Positions 34,891-43,453 of a DNA stretch of 55,621 bases are shown piece by piece. This DNA is from Candidatus Elulimicrobiales bacterium (GTDB lineage: Bacteria > Patescibacteriota > Minisyncoccia > Phycocordibacterales > UBA5272), in contig JAYFPW010000006.1 of NCBI GenBank assembly GCA_034927475.1, forward strand, positions 75,197 to 130,817. Direction: 5' to 3'. A program made the translations under genes and the position numbers. The notes beneath the pieces were generated by a model. It was not told where the DNA came from, searched no databases, and saw only the letters and a list, made by a program, of their open reading frames with translations. Positions within the stretch are counted from its first letter, which is position 1; the number at the start of each line of letters is the position of its first letter.

Positions 34891-35457
34891 ATGACAAAAG
34901 AAATAAAAAAAACAGAATATAAAGTCAAAGAAAAAATTGCTTCAGCTTTTGATCAAATGAAGTCTGAGTTTAAATATAAAAATAAACTACAAGCTCCAAG
35001 ATTAACAAAAATTACTATCTCTGTAGCTACTGGACGCGCAATGAAACAAGACAAAAAGAAAAATGAATTTGTTATAGGCAGATTGACTAAAATTGTTGGG
35101 CAAAGACCAGTTGAAAGACAAGCTAAAAAATCTATCGCTTCTTTCAAAACTAGAACAGGAGACAAAATTGGTGTAGCTGTAACCCTTCGTGGCGCAAAAA
35201 TGTATGGATTTTTAGAGAAACTTTTAAACGCTTCACTCCCTCGTACTAAAGACTTTCGTGGAATCAAAAGAACATCAGTTGATGAGATTGGAAATATTAC
35301 TTTCGGTATCAAAGAGCATACTATTTTCCCAGAAATTCATGATGAAGAATTGAAAGATATATTTGGAATGGCTGTCACTTTAACTACTACAGCTAAAACT
35401 AAAGAAGAAGCTACAAGATTTTTTGAAATAATCGGTGTTCCTCTCAAAAAAGACTAA
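34891..35457 (+). CDS. rplE: 50S ribosomal protein L5
   Basis: APRLTKITISV..G, KKSIASFKTR.GDKIGVAVTLRG..MY.FL.KL, RDFRG, FGIKEH.IFPE. Confidence 0.95.
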   Translation: MTKEIKKTEYKVKEKIASAFDQMKSEFKYKNKLQAPRLTKITISVATGRAMKQDKKKNEFVIGRLTKIVGQRPVERQAKKSIASFKTRTGDKIGVAVTLRGAKMYGFLEKLLNASLPRTKDFRGIKRTSVDEIGNITFGIKEHTIFPEIHDEELKDIFGMAVTLTTTAKTKEEATRFFEIIGVPLKKD

Positions 35458-35475
35458 TTTTAAATAAAACAAAAT

Positions 35476-35506
35476 AAAAAGACCTATTTAGGTCTTTTTA
35501 TTTTTT
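35476..35506 (+). terminator. Rho-independent terminator after rplE
   Basis: Hairpin aaaaagacc / ggtcttttt followed by atttttt. Confidence 0.8.
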
Positions 35507-35519
35507 AAATTTTAGAAAA

Positions 35520-35528
35520 TGTTATAAT
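35520..35528 (+). promoter_or_regulatory. Extended -10 element TGTTATAAT, 8 nt before the recG ATG (leaderless candidate)
   Basis: The -10 element ends at 35528 and the ATG is at 35536. The listed TTG start at 35530 would fall inside the promoter. Confidence 0.5.
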
Positions 35529-35535
35529 TTTGACT

Positions 35536-37863
35536 ATGAATCAAATAACTCTAGCCACTGAAATTTCTAAAATAAACAGACTTTCCAAAGAGCATGCTAT
35601 AGGTCTAAAAAGATTAAAAATAGAGACAGTAAAAGATTTACTTACTTATTTTCCTTCAAGATATGCAGATGAGAGAGAAACTAGAAATATTGAAAATTTA
35701 GAAAAAGGTGAAAATGTTACTCTTTTTGGTGAAATCAAAAATTTAAACATTAAAAGAAGTTTCAGAGGACACGTTCCAATGTCTGAAGGAAAATTAGTTG
35801 ATGCCACAGGATCTGTAAAACTAGTTTGGTTTCATCAAGCTTATATAGCTAAAATGTATGAAGAAGGAGAATTTGTAAAAGTGTCGGGTGTAGTACAAGA
35901 AAAAAATGGCGTGTATTCTTTATTAAATCCAAGTATAGAAAAAGCAAGTCGTGATCATATTTTTTATGAAAATAATATTTTTGAAGAAATTGAAAATAAA
36001 GAAATAAGAACAAAAGAATTGATTCCTGTCTATAAAGAAACAAAAGGAGTTTCTTCTAACTATTTAAATATTTTAATAAAAAAAGTTTTAAGCAACAAAG
36101 TTCTTTTAAAAGAAATAGAGGAAAATGATCCCTTACCAAAAAATATTTTAAATTCTCTTCATTTACCTCCACTTGAAAAAGCTCTTTTATATATTCATTT
36201 ACCAAAAGCTAAAGATATTAAAAAAGCTAAAGAACAAATATTGGTTGCTCAAAAAAGATTTTCTTTTGAAGAAATTTTTTATTTACAACTTTTAAAACAG
36301 TCTGAAAGAATCAAAGCTAAAGAAAGTTTAAGTTTTGCTTTAGAGAGTAATCAAAAAGAAACGGAAACTTTAAACAAATCTTTTATCGATAAAATTGAAA
36401 AACAGTTTAAATTTAAGCTTACAAAAGCTCAATTGGAAGCTATAAAAAATATTTCTAAAGATTTAAGAAAAACGGAACCAATGGGCAGGCTTTTAGAAGG
36501 TGATGTTGGAAGCGGAAAAACATTGGTAGCTGCAGCTGTCGCGCACCTAACAACTCATTATGATAATCGAGATAGAGAAAACGGTAAAAAGTTGCAAGTA
36601 GCTGTTATGGCACCGACGGAGATTTTAGCTACCCAACATTTTGAATCTTTTATTAATTTCTTTAAAAAAGAACCCGTTGAAATTGGTCTTTTAACCGGGA
36701 AAATCTGTAAAAAATTTCCAAGCAAAGTTAACCCTGGTGGTAGTACAAATATTTCTAAACCGCAACTTAAAAGAATGGTGGAAGAGGGAAATATTTCTAT
36801 TGTTATCGGTACACACGCCTTAATTCAAAAGACTTTGAATTTTCAAAATTTAGCTTTAGCTATTATCGACGAACAACATAGATTTGGAGTTAAACAGAGA
36901 GCGGCTTTAGCTAATAAAAAATCTTCTAACACTAAAGTTTTGGCGGCAAATGATTTAAAAAATTTAACTAATAAACGACAAAAAATCACTATACAAAAAG
37001 AAAAGCTTCCACATCTTCTTTCTATGACAGCCACCCCAATACCAAGAACTTTAGCTTTAACTATTTTTGGAGATTTAGATTTGACTGTTTTAGACGAGTT
37101 GCCAAAAAATAGAAAACCAATAATCACTAAAATTGAAAAAGAAAAAGATAGAGAAAAAGTTTATTTAGAAATTTTAGAAGAAATAAAAAATGGCTATCAA
37201 GTCTATGTGGTGGTGCCGAGGATAGACGAGCTAGATGAAGAAGAAATGCAAACTGCCAAAAAATTAAACTTGAGATCAGTGGCGAGCGAAGTAAAGAATT
37301 TGGAAGAATTTTTTAATCAGAAAAATGAAGCAAAGATAAAAATCTTTGGTATGCATTCCAAAGTTAAAAAAGAAGATAAAGAAAGTATTATGCAAGATTT
37401 TGCAGATAATAAAATTCAAGTTTTAGTTTCTACTTCAGTCATAGAAGTTGGGGTAAATGTCCCAAATGCGACACGTATGATAATCGAAGGGGCAGAAAGA
37501 TTTGGATTAGCACAACTTCATCAGCTTCGCGGAAGAATTGGGAGAGGGGAAAGAGAAAGTGTTTGTTATTTATTTTCTAACACCACTTCAGACATAACTT
37601 TTAACAGACTTTCTTCACTTTTAAAATCTAAAAATGGTTTTGAGCTCGCTGAAATGGATTTAGAACAAAGAGGTATAGGGTCGCTTGTTTCTGGTAAACA
37701 ATGGGGAGTTTCAGATTTGGCTATGGAAGCTATTAAAAATCTTAAATTAGTAGAGATTGCAAGAGAAGAAGCGAAGAATGTTTTAGAAAAAGATTTATCT
37801 TTAGAAAAACATCCTTTATTAAAAGCAATTGTTTTGGATAAGGAAAAAGCTCATATGGAGTAG
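35536..37863 (+). CDS. recG: ATP-dependent DNA helicase RecG
   Basis: LEGDVGSGKT, DEQHRFGV, MTATPIPRTLA, VSTSVIEVGVNVPNAT, QLRGRIGRG. It has an N-terminal wedge/OB region and a K-rich insertion before motif III. Confidence 0.92.
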   Translation: MNQITLATEISKINRLSKEHAIGLKRLKIETVKDLLTYFPSRYADERETRNIENLEKGENVTLFGEIKNLNIKRSFRGHVPMSEGKLVDATGSVKLVWFHQAYIAKMYEEGEFVKVSGVVQEKNGVYSLLNPSIEKASRDHIFYENNIFEEIENKEIRTKELIPVYKETKGVSSNYLNILIKKVLSNKVLLKEIEENDPLPKNILNSLHLPPLEKALLYIHLPKAKDIKKAKEQILVAQKRFSFEEIFYLQLLKQSERIKAKESLSFALESNQKETETLNKSFIDKIEKQFKFKLTKAQLEAIKNISKDLRKTEPMGRLLEGDVGSGKTLVAAAVAHLTTHYDNRDRENGKKLQVAVMAPTEILATQHFESFINFFKKEPVEIGLLTGKICKKFPSKVNPGGSTNISKPQLKRMVEEGNISIVIGTHALIQKTLNFQNLALAIIDEQHRFGVKQRAALANKKSSNTKVLAANDLKNLTNKRQKITIQKEKLPHLLSMTATPIPRTLALTIFGDLDLTVLDELPKNRKPIITKIEKEKDREKVYLEILEEIKNGYQVYVVVPRIDELDEEEMQTAKKLNLRSVASEVKNLEEFFNQKNEAKIKIFGMHSKVKKEDKESIMQDFADNKIQVLVSTSVIEVGVNVPNATRMIIEGAERFGLAQLHQLRGRIGRGERESVCYLFSNTTSDITFNRLSSLLKSKNGFELAEMDLEQRGIGSLVSGKQWGVSDLAMEAIKNLKLVEIAREEAKNVLEKDLSLEKHPLLKAIVLDKEKAHME

Positions 37864-37919
37864 TAAGTAAGCGAGCCTTAACAATGTGAATATCTTTAAA
37901 AAATCTCTTTTTGAAAGGT

Positions 37920-37925
37920 TATAAT
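37920..37925 (+). promoter_or_regulatory. -10 element TATAAT, 10 nt upstream of ATG 37935
   Basis: Read directly. No clear -35 element. Confidence 0.35.
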
Positions 37926-37934
37926 ATAAATATC

Positions 37935-38675
37935 ATGAAAAAAGCTTTACTTACTATATTTGTTTTGATTTTATCAATTTTTAGTTTTAATGTTTCTTCA
38001 GCTCAGACAACTTACGGTTGCTATACTTTTAAATATTATTTAATAAGAGGTTCCACAGACGCTTCTACCCAAGGAGAAGTTTCTCGCTTACAGGGTATTT
38101 TATATAATGCTGGGTTTTTAGAAACTGAACCGACTGGATATTTTGGAGTACTTACAGAAAATGCAGTTAGAAAATATCAATATAGTAAAAATATACAAGC
38201 TACAGGAACCGTCGGCCCTGTAACCAGAACTAGTTTATCAAATTGTAGTAATCAGAATACACAAACTGGAACAGGTGGAGCTTTAACCGTAGATTTTCAT
38301 TCTTTTAATAAAAAAACCACATTGCCAGTACCTTATGGTTCTATTTTAGTTTTACCAAATTTAACACAAGATTCAAGTTTCCCAGGATATGTTTTTGACG
38401 GTTGGTATGTAAACTCAAATTTTGCCACAAAATACAATTCTTCAATCATAGCTTCTTCCCAAGCTCTTTATGCTAAATGGGTAAAAAGTTGTAATCAAAG
38501 CTCTATGGTTGTTTATCCAAACGATTGTCCTTCTTCAAGCTCTAATACCACCACAACTACAACCACTACCACAACAACTGGCACCATCCCTTATCAACCT
38601 ATGTCTGATGAAATGAAAGAATGTTCTTACGGATCATACACTTTAACTATCCCAGTTGAAATAACTTGTCCATAA
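37935..38675 (+). CDS. Secreted protein with a peptidoglycan-binding (PG_binding_1) domain and a Listeria/Bacteroides-type repeat
   Basis: Signal peptide. GEVSRLQGILYNAGFL...PTGYFGVLTENAVRKYQ....ATGTVGPVT is typical PGB1. PGYVFDGWY...........LYAKW is the Flg_new-type repeat. A poly-Thr tract is present. Confidence 0.7.
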   Translation: MKKALLTIFVLILSIFSFNVSSAQTTYGCYTFKYYLIRGSTDASTQGEVSRLQGILYNAGFLETEPTGYFGVLTENAVRKYQYSKNIQATGTVGPVTRTSLSNCSNQNTQTGTGGALTVDFHSFNKKTTLPVPYGSILVLPNLTQDSSFPGYVFDGWYVNSNFATKYNSSIIASSQALYAKWVKSCNQSSMVVYPNDCPSSSSNTTTTTTTTTTTGTIPYQPMSDEMKECSYGSYTLTIPVEITCP

Positions 38676-38705
38676 TTATTAAATTAATAAAATAATTCAT
38701 AAAAA

Positions 38706-38738
38706 ATAAAAAATAGTTTCAAAACTATTTTTTATTTT
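38706..38738 (+). terminator. Weak AT-rich terminator
   Basis: Hairpin aatagtt / aactatt followed by ttttatttt. Confidence 0.5.
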
Positions 38739-38769
38739 GTGTATAAAAATAATTTCTAACTTTTTCTTA

Positions 38770-38778
38770 TGTTAAAAT
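38770..38778 (+). promoter_or_regulatory. Extended -10 element TGTTAAAAT, 7 nt before the xfp ATG (leaderless candidate)
   Basis: The -10 element ends at 38778 and the ATG is at 38785. Confidence 0.5.
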
Positions 38779-38784
38779 TAATTC

Positions 38785-41355
38785 ATGACATCAAAAACTC
38801 CAAAGAAAAAAAGTGAAAAATCTACTTTTGATTTTTCAGGATTAAAAAAATATTTAAGAATTTTAAATTATGTTTCTGCTGCACAATTTTATTTAAAAGA
38901 TAATTTCTTTTTAGAAGAACCTTTAGAGGTAAAACATATTAAAAATAGGCTTTTAGGGCATTGGGGCGGTTCAAATGGTCCAAATTTTATTTTGGCTCAC
39001 TTAAATTTTTATTTAAAACAAAATCAAAAAACAAATTCTAAACTCAGAGATATAATTTTTCTACTTGGTCCAGGTCATGCTTTCCCAGGTTTGCAAGCCA
39101 ATCTCTTTTTAGAAAAAAGTTTAACATACTATTATGGTGAGATAAATAAAAATATAAAAAATATTTATGATTTTCCAGTTTCTTACGATAAAGAAGGTTT
39201 GGCAAATGTCATTAAACATTTCGGTTCGCCAAACGGTTTTCCAACCCACGCTTCTCCAGTTACTCCAGGAGCATTTTTGGAAGGTGGGGAGCTTGGTTAT
39301 TCTCTCGCAAATGCCGCAGGAGCTGTAATGGATAATAAAGATTTAATCGCTGTCACAGTTGTTGGCGATGGAGAAGCGGAGACTGGAACTTTAGCTACCA
39401 GTTGGCACGCTTCAAAATTTATAAATTCTAAAGACAACGGAGTCATTCTTCCAATTTTTAATTTAAATGGATATAAAATTTCAGGGCCAACAATTTTTGG
39501 AAGAATGTCTAATGAAGAGCTTACAGATTTATTTAAAGGGCTTGGATATGAACCATATATTTTAGACGCTAGAAGCGATACAAATATTTACGCAAATAGA
39601 AATAATCATGATTTAGAAAAAGATAATGTGCATATTTTAATGCAAGAACTTTTAGATAAATGTTTTACAAAGATTTTAGAAATGAAGAAGACTGGAGAAA
39701 CCAAAGGTCTGCCAATGATTATTTTGCAAAGTGATAAGGGTTGGTCAGGTATTAAAAGTTATGCTGGGGAAAAGATTGAAGGAAATCATCTTTCACATCA
39801 AGTACCATTAGCTAAAGCTCGTACCGATAAAAAACAATTAAAAGCTTTGGAAGAATGGCTTAATAGCTATAAAATCAATGAACTCTTTTCAGAAGATATT
39901 AATGATTCACAGAATTTAATTAAAAAAAGATTAAAAGATGAAAATCAAGTTCTTTTCTTAAAAGAAATAGAAGATTTGGTTCCAGAAAAAATGTGGCGCA
40001 TGAGCATGAATACTCATATTCAACAAAACGGAAAAGGTAAATTGAAAGAATTAAAAACCCCAAATCTTTCGACAGTTTTTAAAAAGACAATCTTAAATAC
40101 AGAAAAAGATTGGGGAAGACATTCGCCAATGAATTTAGTTGGTGAATATTTAAGAGAAGTTTTTAAATTAAATAAAGCTACCAAAAACTTCAGAGTATTT
40201 TCTCCAGACGAAACTTATTCAAACAAAATTCAAGCAATTTTTAAAGAAGAAGAAAGGGCTTTCAATTTAGAAATCAAACCTTGGGATAAAGATATTTCAA
40301 AAAGAGGAAGAGTGGTTGAAATGCTTTCAGAGAACACTTTGGTGGGTATGCAGACCGGATACATTTTAACCGGGCGTCATGGATTTTTTGTGACTTACGA
40401 AGCTTTTGCGCAAGTTGTAACTTCGATGGTAGATCAGTATCTCAAATTTTTAAGAGTGGCCAATGAAATTAATTGGCGAGGCGATGTTTCTAGTTTAAAT
40501 ACAATCATAACTTCAGTTGGTTGGTTACAAGAGCATAATGGTTATTCTCATCAAAATCCTGGAATTATTGATAATGTTTTATCTCTTAATTCAGATTTGG
40601 TGGATGTTTATTTCCCTATTGATGCTGTAGCTACTGGATACGCTTTAGAGAAAATGGTTAAAAGTAAAAATAAAATAAATGTTCTTTGTGTTGGAAAAGA
40701 CGAAGCTAGACCTTTATTTTTAAGCGAAAAAGAATCAAAAAGAAATATCGAAGAAGGAATGACAATTTTAAATACTTTTTCAGATAGACTAAAAAAGTAT
40801 GAAGCTTACGATTTAATTGTCACTGGGGTTGGAGATTATTTATCTTTAGAATGTGTGGCTGGAATTGATTTTACAAATAGACTTTTTAAAAAATATGGTC
40901 TTAAAAAAGAAAGAAAAGATTTCAAACTTGGATTTTTAAATATTTCTAAACTTTCAGCAAGCGATCCTCTTAGTGAAAAGACTAAAGACTTTGCTGAGAA
41001 ATTAGGAGAGATTGTCGGTAATGCGAAAGTTTTTGCTAATTTCCACGGACACCCACAAACACTTCAAAGATATTTCTTTGAGGCAGGAAAAAATATTAAA
41101 GATGTAGATGTGAGAGGATATATAGAAAGGGGTGGTATTACAACTTTGCTTCACATGCATATTTTAAATAAAACAAGTAGATTTCATGTGGCTAGCTGGG
41201 TAGTAAATACGCTGTTCGATTTAAAGAAAATAAATAAGTTAACTCATGATTTCTTGCAAAGAGATATTAAACAAGAAATGGATGAGGAAATAGCCTATAT
41301 AAATGAGCATTTTATAGATAGTGAGAAAATTAGAAATTGGAAATTTGGTATATAA
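38785..41355 (+). CDS. xfp: Xylulose-5-phosphate/fructose-6-phosphate phosphoketolase
   Basis: RLLGHWGGSNGPNF, LGPGHAFPG, EGGELGYSL, GDGEAETG. 856 aa. Confidence 0.9.
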   Translation: MTSKTPKKKSEKSTFDFSGLKKYLRILNYVSAAQFYLKDNFFLEEPLEVKHIKNRLLGHWGGSNGPNFILAHLNFYLKQNQKTNSKLRDIIFLLGPGHAFPGLQANLFLEKSLTYYYGEINKNIKNIYDFPVSYDKEGLANVIKHFGSPNGFPTHASPVTPGAFLEGGELGYSLANAAGAVMDNKDLIAVTVVGDGEAETGTLATSWHASKFINSKDNGVILPIFNLNGYKISGPTIFGRMSNEELTDLFKGLGYEPYILDARSDTNIYANRNNHDLEKDNVHILMQELLDKCFTKILEMKKTGETKGLPMIILQSDKGWSGIKSYAGEKIEGNHLSHQVPLAKARTDKKQLKALEEWLNSYKINELFSEDINDSQNLIKKRLKDENQVLFLKEIEDLVPEKMWRMSMNTHIQQNGKGKLKELKTPNLSTVFKKTILNTEKDWGRHSPMNLVGEYLREVFKLNKATKNFRVFSPDETYSNKIQAIFKEEERAFNLEIKPWDKDISKRGRVVEMLSENTLVGMQTGYILTGRHGFFVTYEAFAQVVTSMVDQYLKFLRVANEINWRGDVSSLNTIITSVGWLQEHNGYSHQNPGIIDNVLSLNSDLVDVYFPIDAVATGYALEKMVKSKNKINVLCVGKDEARPLFLSEKESKRNIEEGMTILNTFSDRLKKYEAYDLIVTGVGDYLSLECVAGIDFTNRLFKKYGLKKERKDFKLGFLNISKLSASDPLSEKTKDFAEKLGEIVGNAKVFANFHGHPQTLQRYFFEAGKNIKDVDVRGYIERGGITTLLHMHILNKTSRFHVASWVVNTLFDLKKINKLTHDFLQRDIKQEMDEEIAYINEHFIDSEKIRNWKFGI

Positions 41356-41359
41356 AAAT

Positions 41360-42508
41360 ATGAAAAAAAATAAAGGAGATAAAATTATAATGGTTTCAAA
41401 TATTGGTTCTGCTTCTCGTAAGTATTTTGTTTATTCTGTAAACAAAAAAGAAAAAGAACCAAAAGAGCTTTTTTCTTTACAATTTGATGAAAAGGAATAT
41501 TACCCTAACGTCAAACTAGAAAATGCTTTGTATGAATTTTTTGAAATCACAAAAGATAGATTTGATTTTTGGGTAAGTGATATAGATATTATTGCAGAAA
41601 GGGTTGTGGCTACTGGGGAATATTTTCTAGAAAATAAAATTATTGATGAAAAATATCTTGATGAGTTAGAAGATGTTCAAAAGTATGACCCTCTTCATAC
41701 CGCTAGCTTGATAGATGAAATCCAAAAAATCTTTTTAATCAAAGAGGTTTGTGAAAAAAATAAAGTTAAGTGTAAATTTAAATTAGTTGGAATCTCTGAT
41801 TCTGTCTTTCACTCAACAATTTCTCCTGAAACTTATACTTACGGTATACCAAAGACTAAAAATAAAAATCATAGAAAATTTGGCTATCATGGTATTTCTA
41901 TGAGTGAGGTTAATAATAATTTTGGTCAAAAATTCGATAAAATAATCGCTATTCATCTTGGCGGCGGTGGTTCTGTGACAGCTATTAAAAAAGGCGAAAG
42001 TGTTTATAACTCTTTTGGTATGACTCCAGTTTCTGGACTTATAAATTTAACTAGGGTTGGCGATGTCGATCCTTTTCTAGCTATCGATTTAGCGGAAGAA
42101 CATAAAAAGTTTTTCAGATTTTTAAGTGAAGACAATTATCTTTTCAAAAATACTCGTAGAGATTTATATGCAAAAAGTGGACTTTTTTCTCTCACGGGAG
42201 AAAGAGATATGAGAGATATTTTAGCTAATTTAAAAGTAAAAGATGAAAATGTAAAAGAAAAAAACATGTTCGCTTTAGAAGTTTATATGACTAAAATAAA
42301 TGAATGTGTCGGCTCAGCTTACGCTCATCTTGGAGGTTGTGACGCTTTAGTTTTGACGGGGGCAATATTAGAAAAATCAGATATTTTTAGAAAAATCTTT
42401 TTACCAAAATTAAAATGGCTTAAAGTTAAAGCTGCCAATATTTTTGTCTTAAAAACAGAAGAAGAAAAAGAAATAGCTAGACTAGTAGTGGATAATAAAT
42501 TTGTTTAA
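41360..42508 (+). CDS. ackA: Acetate kinase (divergent)
   Basis: VSNIGSASRKY matches the N.GSSS.K motif. GYHGISMSEV, IHLGGGGSVTAIKKG and GMTPVSGL are also present. It lies immediately downstream of xfp. Confidence 0.8.
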   Translation: MKKNKGDKIIMVSNIGSASRKYFVYSVNKKEKEPKELFSLQFDEKEYYPNVKLENALYEFFEITKDRFDFWVSDIDIIAERVVATGEYFLENKIIDEKYLDELEDVQKYDPLHTASLIDEIQKIFLIKEVCEKNKVKCKFKLVGISDSVFHSTISPETYTYGIPKTKNKNHRKFGYHGISMSEVNNNFGQKFDKIIAIHLGGGGSVTAIKKGESVYNSFGMTPVSGLINLTRVGDVDPFLAIDLAEEHKKFFRFLSEDNYLFKNTRRDLYAKSGLFSLTGERDMRDILANLKVKDENVKEKNMFALEVYMTKINECVGSAYAHLGGCDALVLTGAILEKSDIFRKIFLPKLKWLKVKAANIFVLKTEEEKEIARLVVDNKFV

Positions 42509-42593
42509 AAAATATCCTCTCTTGACAAAACTATATTTCTATAATAGTATAACATTAGTCAAAAAATGTTGTACTTTTTTAAATTATAGGAAA

Positions 42594-43298
42594 ATGAAAA
42601 CTGAAAAAAGATTAGAAGATTGGCAAAGACCAGTTTCCAAGTTACAAATCAGAACCTTAGTTTCTTCAAGGAATGCTATTAATCTTATTACATTTGAAGA
42701 TTTTCTGAATGGAAAGAATCCAAATTATCAATCGGTAGCCGGACGGATTTCTCCTCAGCAAATTGAAAGGTTAAAACGATTTGTGGAAAGCGTAGAAAAA
42801 GGAGTTTATTCTCATATCAATGCTGAAACAGTTGAAAGGTTTCTCTCCAAAGAAAAACCTTTTGGGAAAGATTATTTTTCCCTCAAAAAATTTGCAGAAA
42901 AAAATAAATCCAAATTTTTTATCTGGGAATCTGTTTTTTATGAGCTGAAAGAGTTGGCAACTTATCCGATAAAAGTTACTTTCCGGCGCAGTCTCAAGCT
43001 TTATTCAGAGCTTGGAAAAGACATGAATCGTCCAAAAATTATCAAACATCTAGGTACGGAAAAAACTGTATTTCAGAATGCTCCTGAGATTTACGAGGTC
43101 ACAAGTTTTTTAAAATTTGAGAACAAAATCCATCGGGATGGAAAATGGAATTATATTCCAATCTTAAACAAGGATAAAGAAATTATGTTTTTGAAAATCT
43201 GGGTTTCTCGTGGAATTATAAATCTGGAGATACCGGATATAGATCCGATGGAATTTAGTTTTCAAAAACCGGAAAGGTTTTTCTTGGTGAGTAATTAA
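42594..43298 (+). CDS. Hypothetical protein (234 aa)
   Basis: ORF with a candidate promoter (TTGACA at 42522, TAGTAT 17 nt later) and a downstream terminator. I recognise no motif. Confidence 0.5.
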   Translation: MKTEKRLEDWQRPVSKLQIRTLVSSRNAINLITFEDFLNGKNPNYQSVAGRISPQQIERLKRFVESVEKGVYSHINAETVERFLSKEKPFGKDYFSLKKFAEKNKSKFFIWESVFYELKELATYPIKVTFRRSLKLYSELGKDMNRPKIIKHLGTEKTVFQNAPEIYEVTSFLKFENKIHRDGKWNYIPILNKDKEIMFLKIWVSRGIINLEIPDIDPMEFSFQKPERFFLVSN

Positions 43299-43322
43299 TT
43301 TATCAATAAAACCATAAAAAGT

Positions 43323-43357
43323 AAGGCGTCTAACTAGTTTAGGCGCTTTTGTTTTTT
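43323..43357 (+). terminator. Rho-independent terminator
   Basis: 10-bp stem aggcgtctaa / ttaggcgctt followed by ttgtttttt. Confidence 0.7.
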
Positions 43358-43368
43358 ACTCTTATTTT

Positions 43369-43377
43369 TGTTATAAT
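43369..43377 (+). promoter_or_regulatory. Extended -10 element TGTTATAAT upstream of secD
   Basis: Read directly. Confidence 0.45.
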
Positions 43378-43453
43378 TTTCCCTATCAAATAAGTTTTAC
43401 TTTTGGGTGAAATATTATTTTATTTATTAAATTATTTATTAGAATTTTTAATT

